A stretch of DNA of 64,000 nucleotides from an uncultured Gemmatimonadaceae bacterium (GTDB lineage: Bacteria; Gemmatimonadota; Gemmatimonadetes; Gemmatimonadales; GWC2-71-9), in NCBI GenBank assembly GCA_964518955.1, contig CAZFHS010000008.1, forward strand, positions 1,017 through 65,016. Direction: 5' to 3'. Each line of letters starts with the position of its first letter. The stretch's first letter is position 1. Below are positions 28,870 through 38,379 of this stretch, in pieces. Position numbers and translations under genes: made by a program. The notes beneath the pieces were generated by a model that was not told the DNA's origin, ran no database searches, and saw only the letters and a program-made list of their open reading frames with translations.

Positions 28870-29573
28870 TCGCCACCTCCTCTGAGTTTTGCGGTTCCAG
28901 GGCCGGTAGCGATTCCGTTCACGTGCGTGGACGAGCGACCCGAAATCCGGGCCCGTACTCTTTCACCAACCCGCGCGGCATTCAGAGCCACACCGGTCAG
29001 AGTTATTTGCACCGCGCCCCGGCTCCAGGTGAGCTGGACCGGTTCGCCTGCCGATACGACATATGGTTGCGAGACTGCTGGAAAGGTGAGTTCCTGGCCT
29101 GACGCGATCGGGCGACGAACAACCCAACCCACGTCCGGTCTCGCAATCCGCTTTCTTCTCGGCCTTGGCCAAACCACCCGGAGCTCACTTTGAATGTCAC
29201 CTGCAGCGAGTTCACTGCCCGCATCGAGCGGTCGTGAAGCAACCAGAACTGTATCTTCGATACCCACACGGACACGTGCTGCGACGGTGGACCCATTGTC
29301 TCTCACAAATGAAGCGACAAACCACCCGTCGGCTCCGCTACCAATCAAGCGAAACGGAGTGTCTCCATCCAAAGGAGCATCCAACTCGAGGCGCCCCCAC
29401 TCTGGATGCAGCAGCTCCAGAGCAACGTCCCAATCGTCGGCGACGCGTTCGAGCACCCGAAGCTCTAGCTCCAGCGGTATGGCGGCAGATTGGCCTTGCG
29501 CCGTAGGTACTGCCAGTGCGGCCAACAAACCGAACAGCAGCCAAACTCTACCGAATGATGTCGGTCGTTGCAT
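28866..29573 (-). CDS. flgA: Flagellar P-ring assembly chaperone FlgA
   Basis: Signal peptide; SAF-like segment and C-terminal pattern GERVRARISGRSSTHVNGIATGPGTAKL. Sits between flgG and flgH. Confidence 0.75.
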   Translation of the reverse strand: MQRPTSFGRVWLLFGLLAALAVPTAQGQSAAIPLELELRVLERVADDWDVALELLHPEWGRLELDAPLDGDTPFRLIGSGADGWFVASFVRDNGSTVAARVRVGIEDTVLVASRPLDAGSELAAGDIQSELRVVWPRPRRKRIARPDVGWVVRRPIASGQELTFPAVSQPYVVSAGEPVQLTWSRGAVQITLTGVALNAARVGERVRARISGRSSTHVNGIATGPGTAKLRGGGE

Positions 29574-30336
29574 AAGCCATGTCCTGACCTACCTGGACAG
29601 CCTTTGAGTTGATTTCATATGCCCTCTGTGCGGCAATCATGTCGGTCATTTCCTGCACGATTTCCACGTTGCTGCTTTCGAGGCTGCCTTGCAGAATCCG
29701 CCCGAATCCTTCCTCTTGCGGATATCCCACCATCGGTGGGCCGGACGCATACGTCTCGGCATAAAGATTCTCACCCACTGCAACCAAGCCACTTGGATTC
29801 AGGAACCTCACGAGTTCGATTTTGCCCACTTCGACAGGATGACTCGCTCCTGCCGCAGTGATGCTCACGACGCCGTTTGCGGAGACTGACACGCTCGTGG
29901 CATCCTCGGGGATCGTGATTCCAGGTAGTACCAAGTAACCGCTCGTATTCACGAGGGTACCCGAGTCAGAAAGTGTGAACCCACCGTCACGGGTGTAGCC
30001 AATTGTCCCGTCGGGGCGCTCAACCTGAAACATCCCCGCGCCGTCAATGGCCAGATCCAACGGGCGTTGGGTCATCTCCGGAGCGCCCTGACTGTGGAGC
30101 CGTAGCACACCTGCGACTCTGACGCCTTTTCCGATCTGAATCGGAGCTACCACTTCACTACCCTGATAGCTCACCAGTTCTGCGCCTCTCACCGTCTGAT
30201 ATAGGACATCCTGAAAGCTCACCCGACTACGCTTGAAGCCAGTCGTATTGACGTTGGCGAGATTGTTGGCGATCACATCGATCATCTTTTGCTGCGCCAT
30301 CATACCGGACGCTGATGTTCTCAGACTCGGGTTCAT
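29548..30336 (-). CDS. flgG: Flagellar distal rod protein FlgG
   Basis: N-terminus LRTSASGMMAQQKMIDVIANNLANVNTTGFK; C-terminus LESSNVEIVQEMTDMIAAQRAYE. Confidence 0.92.
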   Translation of the reverse strand: MNPSLRTSASGMMAQQKMIDVIANNLANVNTTGFKRSRVSFQDVLYQTVRGAELVSYQGSEVVAPIQIGKGVRVAGVLRLHSQGAPEMTQRPLDLAIDGAGMFQVERPDGTIGYTRDGGFTLSDSGTLVNTSGYLVLPGITIPEDATSVSVSANGVVSITAAGASHPVEVGKIELVRFLNPSGLVAVGENLYAETYASGPPMVGYPQEEGFGRILQGSLESSNVEIVQEMTDMIAAQRAYEINSKAVQVGQDMAYATTDIIR

Positions 30337-30361
30337 ACGGCACTCTCACTTGCAGTTGTCA

Positions 30362-31054
30362 TCAGACAGTTCCGACGTCGTTTGCAATCGAGCTAAGGAC
30401 GGCGTCCATAGCTTGAAGCGCGTCGACGTTGGCTTTGTATGACTGTTGGATCTTTACGAGCTCTACCATTGACGAGACGGGATCGAGGTTCGCCTCCTCG
30501 ACATATCCCTGCAGTATCTCGGACTGCCCGATTGCTGGCGGTTGGGTTGCCTCTGAAGAGAGATACCGGCCAGCACCTTCCTTCATTAGACCCGACAAAT
30601 CCTCCACCGTCTCAATGCGCAGATTGTCGAGCAGAGCGCCGTCTACCATCACTGCCCCGTCGCTCAACACTTCGATCGTGCCGCCCGCAATCACGATCGG
30701 ACCATCTCTCCCGAGCACCGGTGCACCCAATGCATCGATCAACTGGGCGCCCGCATCCAACCGAAACGACCCGCCTCTCGTCAGCCGCTCTCCGTTCTCG
30801 GTCTGAACCACAAAGAAACCTTCACCCTCGAGTGCGAGGTCGAGTGTGCGCCCAGTCTCACGCAGCGCACCCTGCTGGAAGTCTGTCAATTGCACGGGAA
30901 TCGGAGCATCACTCCCGTCAAATACCCGGGCTGTCACACGATCCACTTTGAAGCCATCTGTGTTGGCGTTTGCCAAGTTATTTGCGACCACCTGCTGCAT
31001 ACGCGTGTAGTACGACAACGTTCGGGCGGTCTCTACTATTCCCTTCAGGGGCAT
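30362..31054 (-). CDS. flgF: Flagellar proximal rod protein FlgF
   Basis: Rod N/C motifs (VANNLANANTDGFK; EEANLDPVSSMVELVKIQQSYKAN). Start at the ATG at 31054, preceded by GGAGG. Confidence 0.85.
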   Translation of the reverse strand: MPLKGIVETARTLSYYTRMQQVVANNLANANTDGFKVDRVTARVFDGSDAPIPVQLTDFQQGALRETGRTLDLALEGEGFFVVQTENGERLTRGGSFRLDAGAQLIDALGAPVLGRDGPIVIAGGTIEVLSDGAVMVDGALLDNLRIETVEDLSGLMKEGAGRYLSSEATQPPAIGQSEILQGYVEEANLDPVSSMVELVKIQQSYKANVDALQAMDAVLSSIANDVGTV

Positions 31055-31095
31055 CGTGCCTCCCTCGAGTGCGTTTCTCTCCTCAGGTAGGAATG

Positions 31096-31110
31096 GCAAA
31101 GGCTATGCCG
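31096..31110 (-). promoter_or_regulatory. Sigma54 -24/-12 promoter for the flgF-flgK operon
   Basis: Reverse strand reads CGGCATAGCCTTTGC (GG-N10-GC with TTGC). 42 nt upstream of the flgF ATG. Confidence 0.55.
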
Positions 31111-31136
31111 CCACCTAGCCATCGCGTACTGACGGC

Positions 31137-31568
31137 TTAAGTCTCTGCTAGTGTTGAGTTTACGAGCTGGGTGCCAGCCTGGTGCAGTGCTTGGAGAGGA
31201 ATGTACTCGTTGCCGCTACCGGCAAAAACTTCCCGCTGATGAGGGCTGCCGTTGCCGGTCGAGCTGGCAGTCAAGAACGCCACCGCATCCTGAGATAGGT
31301 TTGCCGTATTTGCTATCGTGGAGCTCGACGTACCGAACCGAGCTAGCACTCGGACCAGATTGCGGCGCACCACCCAGGTGCGATAGAGCTTCACAAGCGA
31401 AACTAGCCATAGGACGCAAGACACTGTCGAAAGCACAACCACAGTCGAGGGTAGGTTTCGAATCTGTCCGACTAGGCCGGCCATCGTTGGCCATGCACTG
31501 ACCGCGCTCGACGCCAATAGCAACGTCGCCGTCGTGACGACCACTGTGGTCCAGACTCTTCTCCTCAT
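31137..31568 (-). CDS. Hypothetical membrane protein translationally coupled to fliA
   Basis: ATGA overlap with the fliA stop and GGAGG 7 nt upstream. Two TM helices, then a Ser/Thr-rich soluble tail. No family recognised. Confidence 0.45.
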   Translation of the reverse strand: MRRRVWTTVVVTTATLLLASSAVSAWPTMAGLVGQIRNLPSTVVVLSTVSCVLWLVSLVKLYRTWVVRRNLVRVLARFGTSSSTIANTANLSQDAVAFLTASSTGNGSPHQREVFAGSGNEYIPLQALHQAGTQLVNSTLAET

Positions 31569-32329
31569 GTCACCGCCTCCAACAGTTCAGCGTTGGCTCT
31601 GAGACGACCCAGCGCCTGGCTCCTTATTTGCGAGACTCTCGACTCCGTGAGATGCAGTACCTCACCTACCTGTCGCAAATTGAGATTCTCGTAGTAGTAG
31701 AGCGAGAGGACGATTCGTTCCTTCTGTGGCAACCCTGCGATCGCTTCTCTCAAACAGGCAAGATTTTCGTCGTGGGTAATCCTGCTGGACGGGTCCTCTG
31801 CATCGGGATCACAGATTATTTCGTCCAATCGAACAGACCCTGGTGCGAAATCTGGTGCGGAGCTATCCAGCGGGATCGTCTGTGAGCGGTCGCCGTCCAC
31901 CCACCGACGCCAATACGCATCCATGTCAACTTCCAGGAACGCAGCTATCTCCGTATGCGACGGCGCCCTACCCAGTTGTGCTTCTAGCTGGGCAGTTGCT
32001 TCGGCGAGTTTCCGCGTCCTGCTGCGTGCCGTACGAGGTACCCAATCGCGACTCCGCAGGTCATCGAGCATCGCCCCGCGAATGCGCTGCATCGCGTAGG
32101 TGCTGAACACGTGTCCGCGCGATATATCGAAACCCTCTAGCGCTTGGATCAAGCCCAGTGTTCCAGCACTGACCAAATCTTCCAGCTCTACGGTTTGGGG
32201 TATCTTGGCCGCCAGTTCCCGGGCGCTGTAGTGAACCAACCCGAGGTATTGATCGAGTAGGTTGGAGCGTGCCTCCGAGGAACCGGTTTCCTTGTATTTC
32301 TTCCAGAGTTCGTCTGTCACTGTCGTCAT
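31565..32329 (-). CDS. fliA: Flagellar sigma factor FliA (sigma28)
   Basis: Sigma70-family regions 2-4 (LIQALEGFD, RDWVPR, ERIVLSLYYYENLNLRQVGEVLHLTESRVSQIRSQAL). Start at the ATG at 32329. Confidence 0.9.
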   Translation of the reverse strand: MTTVTDELWKKYKETGSSEARSNLLDQYLGLVHYSARELAAKIPQTVELEDLVSAGTLGLIQALEGFDISRGHVFSTYAMQRIRGAMLDDLRSRDWVPRTARSRTRKLAEATAQLEAQLGRAPSHTEIAAFLEVDMDAYWRRWVDGDRSQTIPLDSSAPDFAPGSVRLDEIICDPDAEDPSSRITHDENLACLREAIAGLPQKERIVLSLYYYENLNLRQVGEVLHLTESRVSQIRSQALGRLRANAELLEAVT

Positions 32330-32348
32330 GGCATTCTCCCCACGCAAA

Positions 32349-33182
32349 TCAACTGTGCGTGGTTGACCCTGCAAAGAATTCGGGCTGCTCAGTTACGATG
32401 CCGCGCAACGTCTGCGCTGCCTTGCCTAGCGAACCCCACCGCCTCGAGCTGTCCGGACTCCTAGCTGCAGATTGCAGCTCGGGGTCGTCTGGCACGGCTC
32501 CGATGTAACTCAGTTGGAGGTTGAGGAATCGCTCACCCGCGTGGGCGAGTCTGTCGAAGGCGGCTCGCCCTTCGCTCTCGTCATTCACCTGGTTGACCAG
32601 TACGCCGATCCTCAAACCGGGCACTCGGGAGCTCACTATCTTGATCACGGCGTACGCATCTGCGAGCGCGGTTGGCTCGGCCATAGTGACAATCACCAGA
32701 CCTGACGCCCTGATCGTACAGAGCCTTACGACGTCCTCGATTGAGGGACCGGAATCAACGACAACCGAATCAAAGCCCTGATAGAGGTTGCTCAAGCTGT
32801 AGTGGAGTCTTGCCCGGTCGATCGAGTTGAGCGAGTACACCGACTCCACACCCGAGTCGCTGGGTAGGAGCCAGAGGTTTTCGCCCACAGCACTAATCAT
32901 GTCTTCGGGTCCAACCTCTCCCGCGAGCAACGCATCTAGGCGGCCGAATTTCGAGCAGCCTAGTAGGATGTGCAGGTTGCCGAGGTTCTGAGAGCCGTCC
33001 AACAACAACACTCGTCTCCCGCTGTCGCCCAGTACCGAACCCAGTGTTACCGCAAGGACCGACTTGCCGACACCACCTTTGCCGCTGGCGAGCACTACGG
33101 CCGCCGGCCCCGCGTCCCTGTCCGCAAGCGCCGAATCCATCAGCATGGCGCTATCGTTCGCTGATTGACCGATTTGCATCAT
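32349..33182 (-). CDS. flhG: MinD/ParA-type ATPase FlhG (FleN/YlxH)
   Basis: Deviant Walker A SGKGGVGKS. Located between flhF and fliA, with an ATGA overlap with flhF. Confidence 0.85.
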   Translation of the reverse strand: MMQIGQSANDSAMLMDSALADRDAGPAAVVLASGKGGVGKSVLAVTLGSVLGDSGRRVLLLDGSQNLGNLHILLGCSKFGRLDALLAGEVGPEDMISAVGENLWLLPSDSGVESVYSLNSIDRARLHYSLSNLYQGFDSVVVDSGPSIEDVVRLCTIRASGLVIVTMAEPTALADAYAVIKIVSSRVPGLRIGVLVNQVNDESEGRAAFDRLAHAGERFLNLQLSYIGAVPDDPELQSAARSPDSSRRWGSLGKAAQTLRGIVTEQPEFFAGSTTHS

Positions 33183-34030
33183 GCCGCCGTAGCTCCGTGC
33201 AACAGGATACCGTCCAGCGTGATCGAATCTGGAGCAACCTGTTGGGAAAGCGTGACAATGTCGTTCGGTACATCCTGGCCAAAGCAGACCCAGCGTACTG
33301 GTAGGTCGTTGTCGCGGGCGAGTGCCTCAACCGTTCGCTCGCCGGGATACTCATCCAACTTTGTAGCCAGAAGATGAGTCACTCCACGCCACTTGTATTC
33401 AGCGATTATCCGCGCGGCGTGTTCGGTCATCATCCCTTCGGGTAGTACGAGATGCACTTGTTGAGGGTCAATCCCTTTCAACAACTCCATAACTGCGGCA
33501 GCCTCTTGATTCTTCGCCGGGCCCCTTCCCGGAGTGTCGACCAGGATCACATCACATTTGCGCAGCCGTCGCTTTGCCTTGGCCAAATCCTTCAACTGGA
33601 ACACACGTTCCATGCGGATGCCTGCGGCATTCGCGTACTCCTTGAGTTGATCGGCGCCTCCCGCTCGATGAGTGTCGAGGGTCAGCAGCCCGACTTTCTG
33701 GGTTCCGAACGCCATCGGGTTGAGCGCGAGTTTGGCAATCGTCATTGTCTTTCCAGATCCCGTAGGCCCGACCAGAGCAATCACCTGCTGCACAGAACGC
33801 TGTTCGATGAGTGGATGCGGCTCGGTTGCAGCCTCTACCGGACGTGGGGCGGGAGTACTCACCAAAGCCAGGGCCGAGGCTTCATCGGCTGCTGTGAGCT
33901 CGAAGCGTGCGAGCCCATTTGGCAACCTCGTCCGATTGACATTCACTACAACGGCGTTGCTACCGAGTTCGGCTTGTGCTTGGGCAAGCAACGCTGGCAC
34001 GCGCGGTCCGGCATAAGTCTCAAGAGTCAT
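33179..34030 (-). CDS. flhF: SRP-type GTPase FlhF
   Basis: G1 GPTGSGKT, G3 DTPGR, G4 TKLDE. Start taken at the ATG at 34030; the longer ORF reaches 34084. Short N-terminal region. Confidence 0.85.
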   Translation of the reverse strand: MTLETYAGPRVPALLAQAQAELGSNAVVVNVNRTRLPNGLARFELTAADEASALALVSTPAPRPVEAATEPHPLIEQRSVQQVIALVGPTGSGKTMTIAKLALNPMAFGTQKVGLLTLDTHRAGGADQLKEYANAAGIRMERVFQLKDLAKAKRRLRKCDVILVDTPGRGPAKNQEAAAVMELLKGIDPQQVHLVLPEGMMTEHAARIIAEYKWRGVTHLLATKLDEYPGERTVEALARDNDLPVRWVCFGQDVPNDIVTLSQQVAPDSITLDGILLHGATAA

Positions 34031-36200
34031 TGTCGAGCTCCCATATGGCGAGGCTCTGAACCGGGGTCTGCGTGGGCAATTCACTCAGTGAAATCACTGG
34101 GAGTCGCGGCACTACCGGCTCAACCAAACGACGGATGCCCACCCGCAGACTGGGGGGCGCAATCAAAGGAACCTGTTCGCCTTCGCGCCTTGTCTGATCA
34201 GACAAGGCGGCAAGCGACCTGAGTAGTTCCGTTATCTCTTCGGGAGTCAGAATCCGCGAGCCGTCGGGATTAGACCGAGGGCTGAACAGCTGCATCAGGG
34301 CCGCTTCCAAGCGCGGGCCGACAGTGATGGCGGAAATCACTCCTGCGGCGTCCTTGAACATCTCGACGATCACCGGCGAGAGCGCGCGCCGAACATTCTC
34401 TGCGAGCATCTCGGGGTCTTTCGTCTGATCGGAGGCGTCTGACAGCGCTTCGAGTATGGTGACCAAATCCCGGACGGGCACACCTTCGCGAAGTAGACGT
34501 TGAAGCACGCGGTGTACCGTTCCCAGCGATAGTTTTGCAGGTACCACGTCCTCAATCAGCGCCGGGTGTGTTTCTTTGAGGCCATCGAGCAGTTCGCGCG
34601 TGTCCTGCCTGCTGATCAGTTCGGAAGCGTGTCCCCTGATCGTCTCCATGAGGTGAGTTGCCAACACTGTCTGCGGCTCGACCACATGGTAGCCTCCCGA
34701 CTCAGCCTCAACTCGCCGATCGGGAGTGATCCAAGTGGCGTCGATGCCGAAGCTCGGATCCTTGGTCGGCACGCCCTCGATGGAAACGGCATTCCCATCC
34801 ATATCGAGAGCCAAGAGATGGCGCGGCATAACCTCACCCGACGCAACTCGGACTCCGCGTAACCGGATCAGGTACTCTGTGGCTTTGAGCTGGATGTTGT
34901 CCCGTATGCGCGCTGAGGGAACAATGATGCCAAGTTCGAGCGCGAGTTGTTTGCGCATGATCCCCACTCGCTGAAGCAGGTCGCCCTCTTGGGCCTCATC
35001 CACTAGCGGCACAAGAGCGTATCCCACCTCTAGCTCGAGAGGCTCGACAGCCAGGAGGTCCTGCAGCGGAGTAGCGGGCTCACCAAGAGACTCAGATTGC
35101 TGCGCCACTTCTACTGCTTCTACTTCGGCTTCAACACGCTTCCGCCGGCCCACTCGATACGCGATCGTGGCCGAAAGGACAGCGAGGAGAAGAAACGGAA
35201 TGGCCGGCAATCCCGGAACGGCTGCGAACACAGCGAGGATTCCCGCAGCCATCCAGATAGTTCGCGTATTGCCGGTCAGCTGCGAAGCGATGGCTGGAGC
35301 CATCGTGAGGCCTCTCGAACCGTATGTCACGAGAATGCCCGCGGACGTACTGACAACCAAGGCGGGAATTTGAGTCACCAGCCCGTCACCAACCGAGAGT
35401 GACGAATAGGTCGCCAAAGCATCCGGCGCACTCATGCCTCTCTGGAGCATCCCGATGGTGAAACCGCCGATCAGGTTGATCGCCGTTATGACCAATCCGG
35501 CAATAGCGTCGCCACGAACGAACTTCGCGGCACCATCCATGGAGCCGTAGAAGTCTGCGTATTGGTTTATTTCTTCGCGGCGTCGACGTGCTTCAGATTC
35601 ATCTATGAGGCCTGCACTCAGGTCGGCGTCGATACTCATCTGCCTACCCGGCATGGCATCGAGTGTGAACCGCGCGGCCACCTCAGCAATACGCCCAGCA
35701 CCCTTGGTGATCACCAAGAAGTTGATTACCACCAGAATCAGGAAGATCACGAGGCCAACCACGTAGTTGCCCCCGATCACGAATCCACCGAAGGCCCTGA
35801 TCACTTCGCCCGCCTGCCCCGTGCTCAGAATCAGGCGTGTGCTGCTCACGTTCAGGCCTAGCCGCAATAGCGTGATCAGGAGCAGTAGACTCGGGAAGAT
35901 GCTGAATTCGAGAGGATTGCGGGCCGACAGCGTAACAAGCAGCACTACTATCGAAATCGCAAAGCTGAGCGCCAACAGTGCATCGAGCACGAATGGGCGC
36001 AGCGGCACTACCAGAAGCGCCACAATTACTACTACTCCCAAAGCCAAATACGTCTCAGCCGATGCCGACACGAGTCGGTTTACGACCGCTTCGCTCTTGG
36101 GCACGTGAGCGGGCGTGGTCCCGGCATTCAACGGGGATCCGCTGTTTCCCACGAATGGCGGCGCCGGTGATGCAGCGATCGGTGCACTCGGAGCGGTCAA
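34020..36200 (-). CDS. flhA: Flagellar export apparatus protein FlhA
   Basis: Collinear with FlhA (FLVITKGAGRIAEVAARFTLDAMPGRQMSIDADL). TTG start preceded by AAGGAGG. Confidence 0.95.
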   Translation of the reverse strand: MTAPSAPIAASPAPPFVGNSGSPLNAGTTPAHVPKSEAVVNRLVSASAETYLALGVVVIVALLVVPLRPFVLDALLALSFAISIVVLLVTLSARNPLEFSIFPSLLLLITLLRLGLNVSSTRLILSTGQAGEVIRAFGGFVIGGNYVVGLVIFLILVVINFLVITKGAGRIAEVAARFTLDAMPGRQMSIDADLSAGLIDESEARRRREEINQYADFYGSMDGAAKFVRGDAIAGLVITAINLIGGFTIGMLQRGMSAPDALATYSSLSVGDGLVTQIPALVVSTSAGILVTYGSRGLTMAPAIASQLTGNTRTIWMAAGILAVFAAVPGLPAIPFLLLAVLSATIAYRVGRRKRVEAEVEAVEVAQQSESLGEPATPLQDLLAVEPLELEVGYALVPLVDEAQEGDLLQRVGIMRKQLALELGIIVPSARIRDNIQLKATEYLIRLRGVRVASGEVMPRHLLALDMDGNAVSIEGVPTKDPSFGIDATWITPDRRVEAESGGYHVVEPQTVLATHLMETIRGHASELISRQDTRELLDGLKETHPALIEDVVPAKLSLGTVHRVLQRLLREGVPVRDLVTILEALSDASDQTKDPEMLAENVRRALSPVIVEMFKDAAGVISAITVGPRLEAALMQLFSPRSNPDGSRILTPEEITELLRSLAALSDQTRREGEQVPLIAPPSLRVGIRRLVEPVVPRLPVISLSELPTQTPVQSLAIWELDNDS

Positions 36201-37306
36201 TTGACCTCCTTACCGGCCATCAAACCACCCATGGGAATGTCGGCGCGTTGACGGTAGACAAATGCGAGGATCTCGGCAATCACCGCGTACAAGGCCGGCG
36301 GAATGGGATTCCCGACTGTGGCTGTCGCGAGTAACGCGCGAGCGACCGGCTTGTTTTCGATTACCGGCACGCGTGATTCGAGTGCTAGTTCCTTGATGCG
36401 TGCAGCGAGTTTGCGTTGACCCATCGCGACCACCACGGGCGCAAGAGCAACGTTCAAGTCGTATTTCAATGCGACTGCGATGTGTGTGGGGTTCACCACT
36501 ACAACGTCGGCTGTCGGAACATCCTGTAGCATCCGCTTCCGGGCCATCGACATCGCGATCGATCGAATGCGACTCTTGATTAGAGGATCGCCTTCGGTTT
36601 CCCTGTGCTCCCGAACGACTTCCTGCTTGGTCATCCGAAGGCTCTTCTCGAGCTTGTAGACCTGGTAGCCGTAGTCGGCCGCCGCGAGTATCAGGAACGA
36701 GAATCCGGTTGTAACAGCCAACTTGAGGGCAAGACTCTTTAGCACAGAAACGGCTTCTGCAGCACCTGTCTCACCGAGTGAAACGAGTTCCGGCCAACTA
36801 TTTGAAAGAACGAGATAAGTAATCAGACCGAGCGTCGCGATCTTGAAGACCGCCTTAACCAGGTTTGCTACAGAATCCCACCCCACAATGCGCTTGATGC
36901 CAGATAGCGGGCTCATATTTGAGAATTTGGGAGTCACCGGCTTGACCGATACGACACCCCGAGCCTGTATCAGATTCACCACTAGAACAGCGGCGAGCAC
37001 GACCACGGTAAATGGCACGATGGCCACGAGCGTTGTCGATGCGACCTCCCTTATAACGCCGATTGCAGCGGTGGCAGTCATCGGGCGTGCGGAAATCAGT
37101 CGTGTTGCTTCAACCATCAGCTGGCGCAAGTGAGAAGCCAGCGCACCGCCACCAACTAGCGCAAGTGCCAGGGTGCCGCCCAGTAACACGACGGCCGCCG
37201 AAAGCTCCGGGCTGCGAGCAATACGGCCCTCTTCGCGCGCCCGCTGTCGTTGCTGCGGGGTCGCTTTCTCTGTGCGTTCCTGACTGCTCGTGCGCTCTTC
37301 AGACAT
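36197..37306 (-). CDS. flhB: Flagellar export apparatus protein FlhB
   Basis: N-terminal EKATPQQRQRAREEGRIARS; NPTH autocleavage site (VVVNPTHIAVAL). Confidence 0.92.
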   Translation of the reverse strand: MSEERTSSQERTEKATPQQRQRAREEGRIARSPELSAAVVLLGGTLALALVGGGALASHLRQLMVEATRLISARPMTATAAIGVIREVASTTLVAIVPFTVVVLAAVLVVNLIQARGVVSVKPVTPKFSNMSPLSGIKRIVGWDSVANLVKAVFKIATLGLITYLVLSNSWPELVSLGETGAAEAVSVLKSLALKLAVTTGFSFLILAAADYGYQVYKLEKSLRMTKQEVVREHRETEGDPLIKSRIRSIAMSMARKRMLQDVPTADVVVVNPTHIAVALKYDLNVALAPVVVAMGQRKLAARIKELALESRVPVIENKPVARALLATATVGNPIPPALYAVIAEILAFVYRQRADIPMGGLMAGKEVN

Positions 37307-37308
37307 TG

Positions 37309-38106
37309 TCAGCGTACCCCGGGTTCAAGGGTGTACCCATCAATGACCGTCGTGATGTTCACGGGCAGATCCAGTATCCAGCCATTGACCGCCGACGCGA
37401 TGATCGGCAGCGATACCCCGATCATCAGGAGTCCTATTCCTATCGTCATCGGAAACGAGACCATTATGACGTTTAGCTGCGGTACCGCCCGCGACAGAAT
37501 TGCCAGCGCTATGTTGGTGAGCAAGAGGGCAACCATCGCGGGTGCCGCTACTCGGGCTGCGCTCGAGAAAACCACGCTGAACGCAGATGCCGCGGTCGCA
37601 CCGCCCGCTTCGAGGTTCATTGGTGCACCAGGGGGCAGGACTCGGAGGCTCTCCGCCAACCCCTGCAGCATGATCAGGTGGCCGCCTAATGCCACGTAGA
37701 TGAGTAGCGCAGTCACACTCTTCATCTGGCCTAATCCCGCACCGGGGATGTCACCGCCCGAGAGCGCTGCACCGAGAGACAAACCGGTTTGCAGCGAAAG
37801 CACATCGCCCGCATACGCAACGCCCTGGATGATTACGGCCGCCGTCAAGCCAATCGACATGCCGATGATGAATTCCATCGCGAGCGGCAGTGGTATATCC
37901 AGCACCCTCTCAGGCAGCGGATTTTCCGGCACCGAAGGGAGCAGCAGCAAAGCGAGTACGGCGATCGTGGCTGCTCGAACACTTCGCGGGTAGGTCGGCA
38001 TCGACCAAAGCGGTACTGTGAGTCCAAGCCCTATCAGACGAGCCGTGATGAACACGAACACCGCCCAGCGGTCGGGGCCAAAGAACTCGTTGACGAAAGC
38101 AGGCAT
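37309..38106 (-). CDS. fliR: Flagellar export apparatus protein FliR
   Basis: Polytopic FliR pattern. Start set to the ATG at 38106 (TGATG overlap with the fliQ stop); the 74-aa upstream extension overlaps fliQ. Confidence 0.88.
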   Translation of the reverse strand: MPAFVNEFFGPDRWAVFVFITARLIGLGLTVPLWSMPTYPRSVRAATIAVLALLLLPSVPENPLPERVLDIPLPLAMEFIIGMSIGLTAAVIIQGVAYAGDVLSLQTGLSLGAALSGGDIPGAGLGQMKSVTALLIYVALGGHLIMLQGLAESLRVLPPGAPMNLEAGGATAASAFSVVFSSAARVAAPAMVALLLTNIALAILSRAVPQLNVIMVSFPMTIGIGLLMIGVSLPIIASAVNGWILDLPVNITTVIDGYTLEPGVR

Positions 38107-38375
38107 CAACTCACCACGGTCGGTAAGCTGCGGATCACCGAAACCAGGAACTCCGAGAGTTTCACCAGTATCCACGGCAGCGTGATCACGAGCATCAGTC
38201 CGACCGCCAACAGCTTCGGAATGAACGTGAGGGTCTGCTCCTGTAGCTGTGTGACTGCCTGCACGAGGCTCACGACAACGCCGACCACTAGAGCAGTTAG
38301 TAGCAGTGGGCCTGCCACTAACAGACACAGCGTGACTGCAGAACGTGTGAATTCGATCGCAAGTGCCACTGACAT
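38106..38375 (-). CDS. fliQ: Flagellar export apparatus protein FliQ
   Basis: 89-aa two-TM protein (AVTQLQEQTLTFIPKLL). Start at the ATG at 38375. Confidence 0.9.
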   Translation of the reverse strand: MSVALAIEFTRSAVTLCLLVAGPLLLTALVVGVVVSLVQAVTQLQEQTLTFIPKLLAVGLMLVITLPWILVKLSEFLVSVIRSLPTVVS

Positions 38376-38379
38376 GGCG

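Noticed and set aside
38107-38328. 74-codon N-terminal extension of the fliR ORF.
   Set aside because: It completely overlaps fliQ in another frame. The extension is not FliR-like. The ATG at 38106 forms a TGATG junction with the fliQ stop, as at other junctions in this locus.
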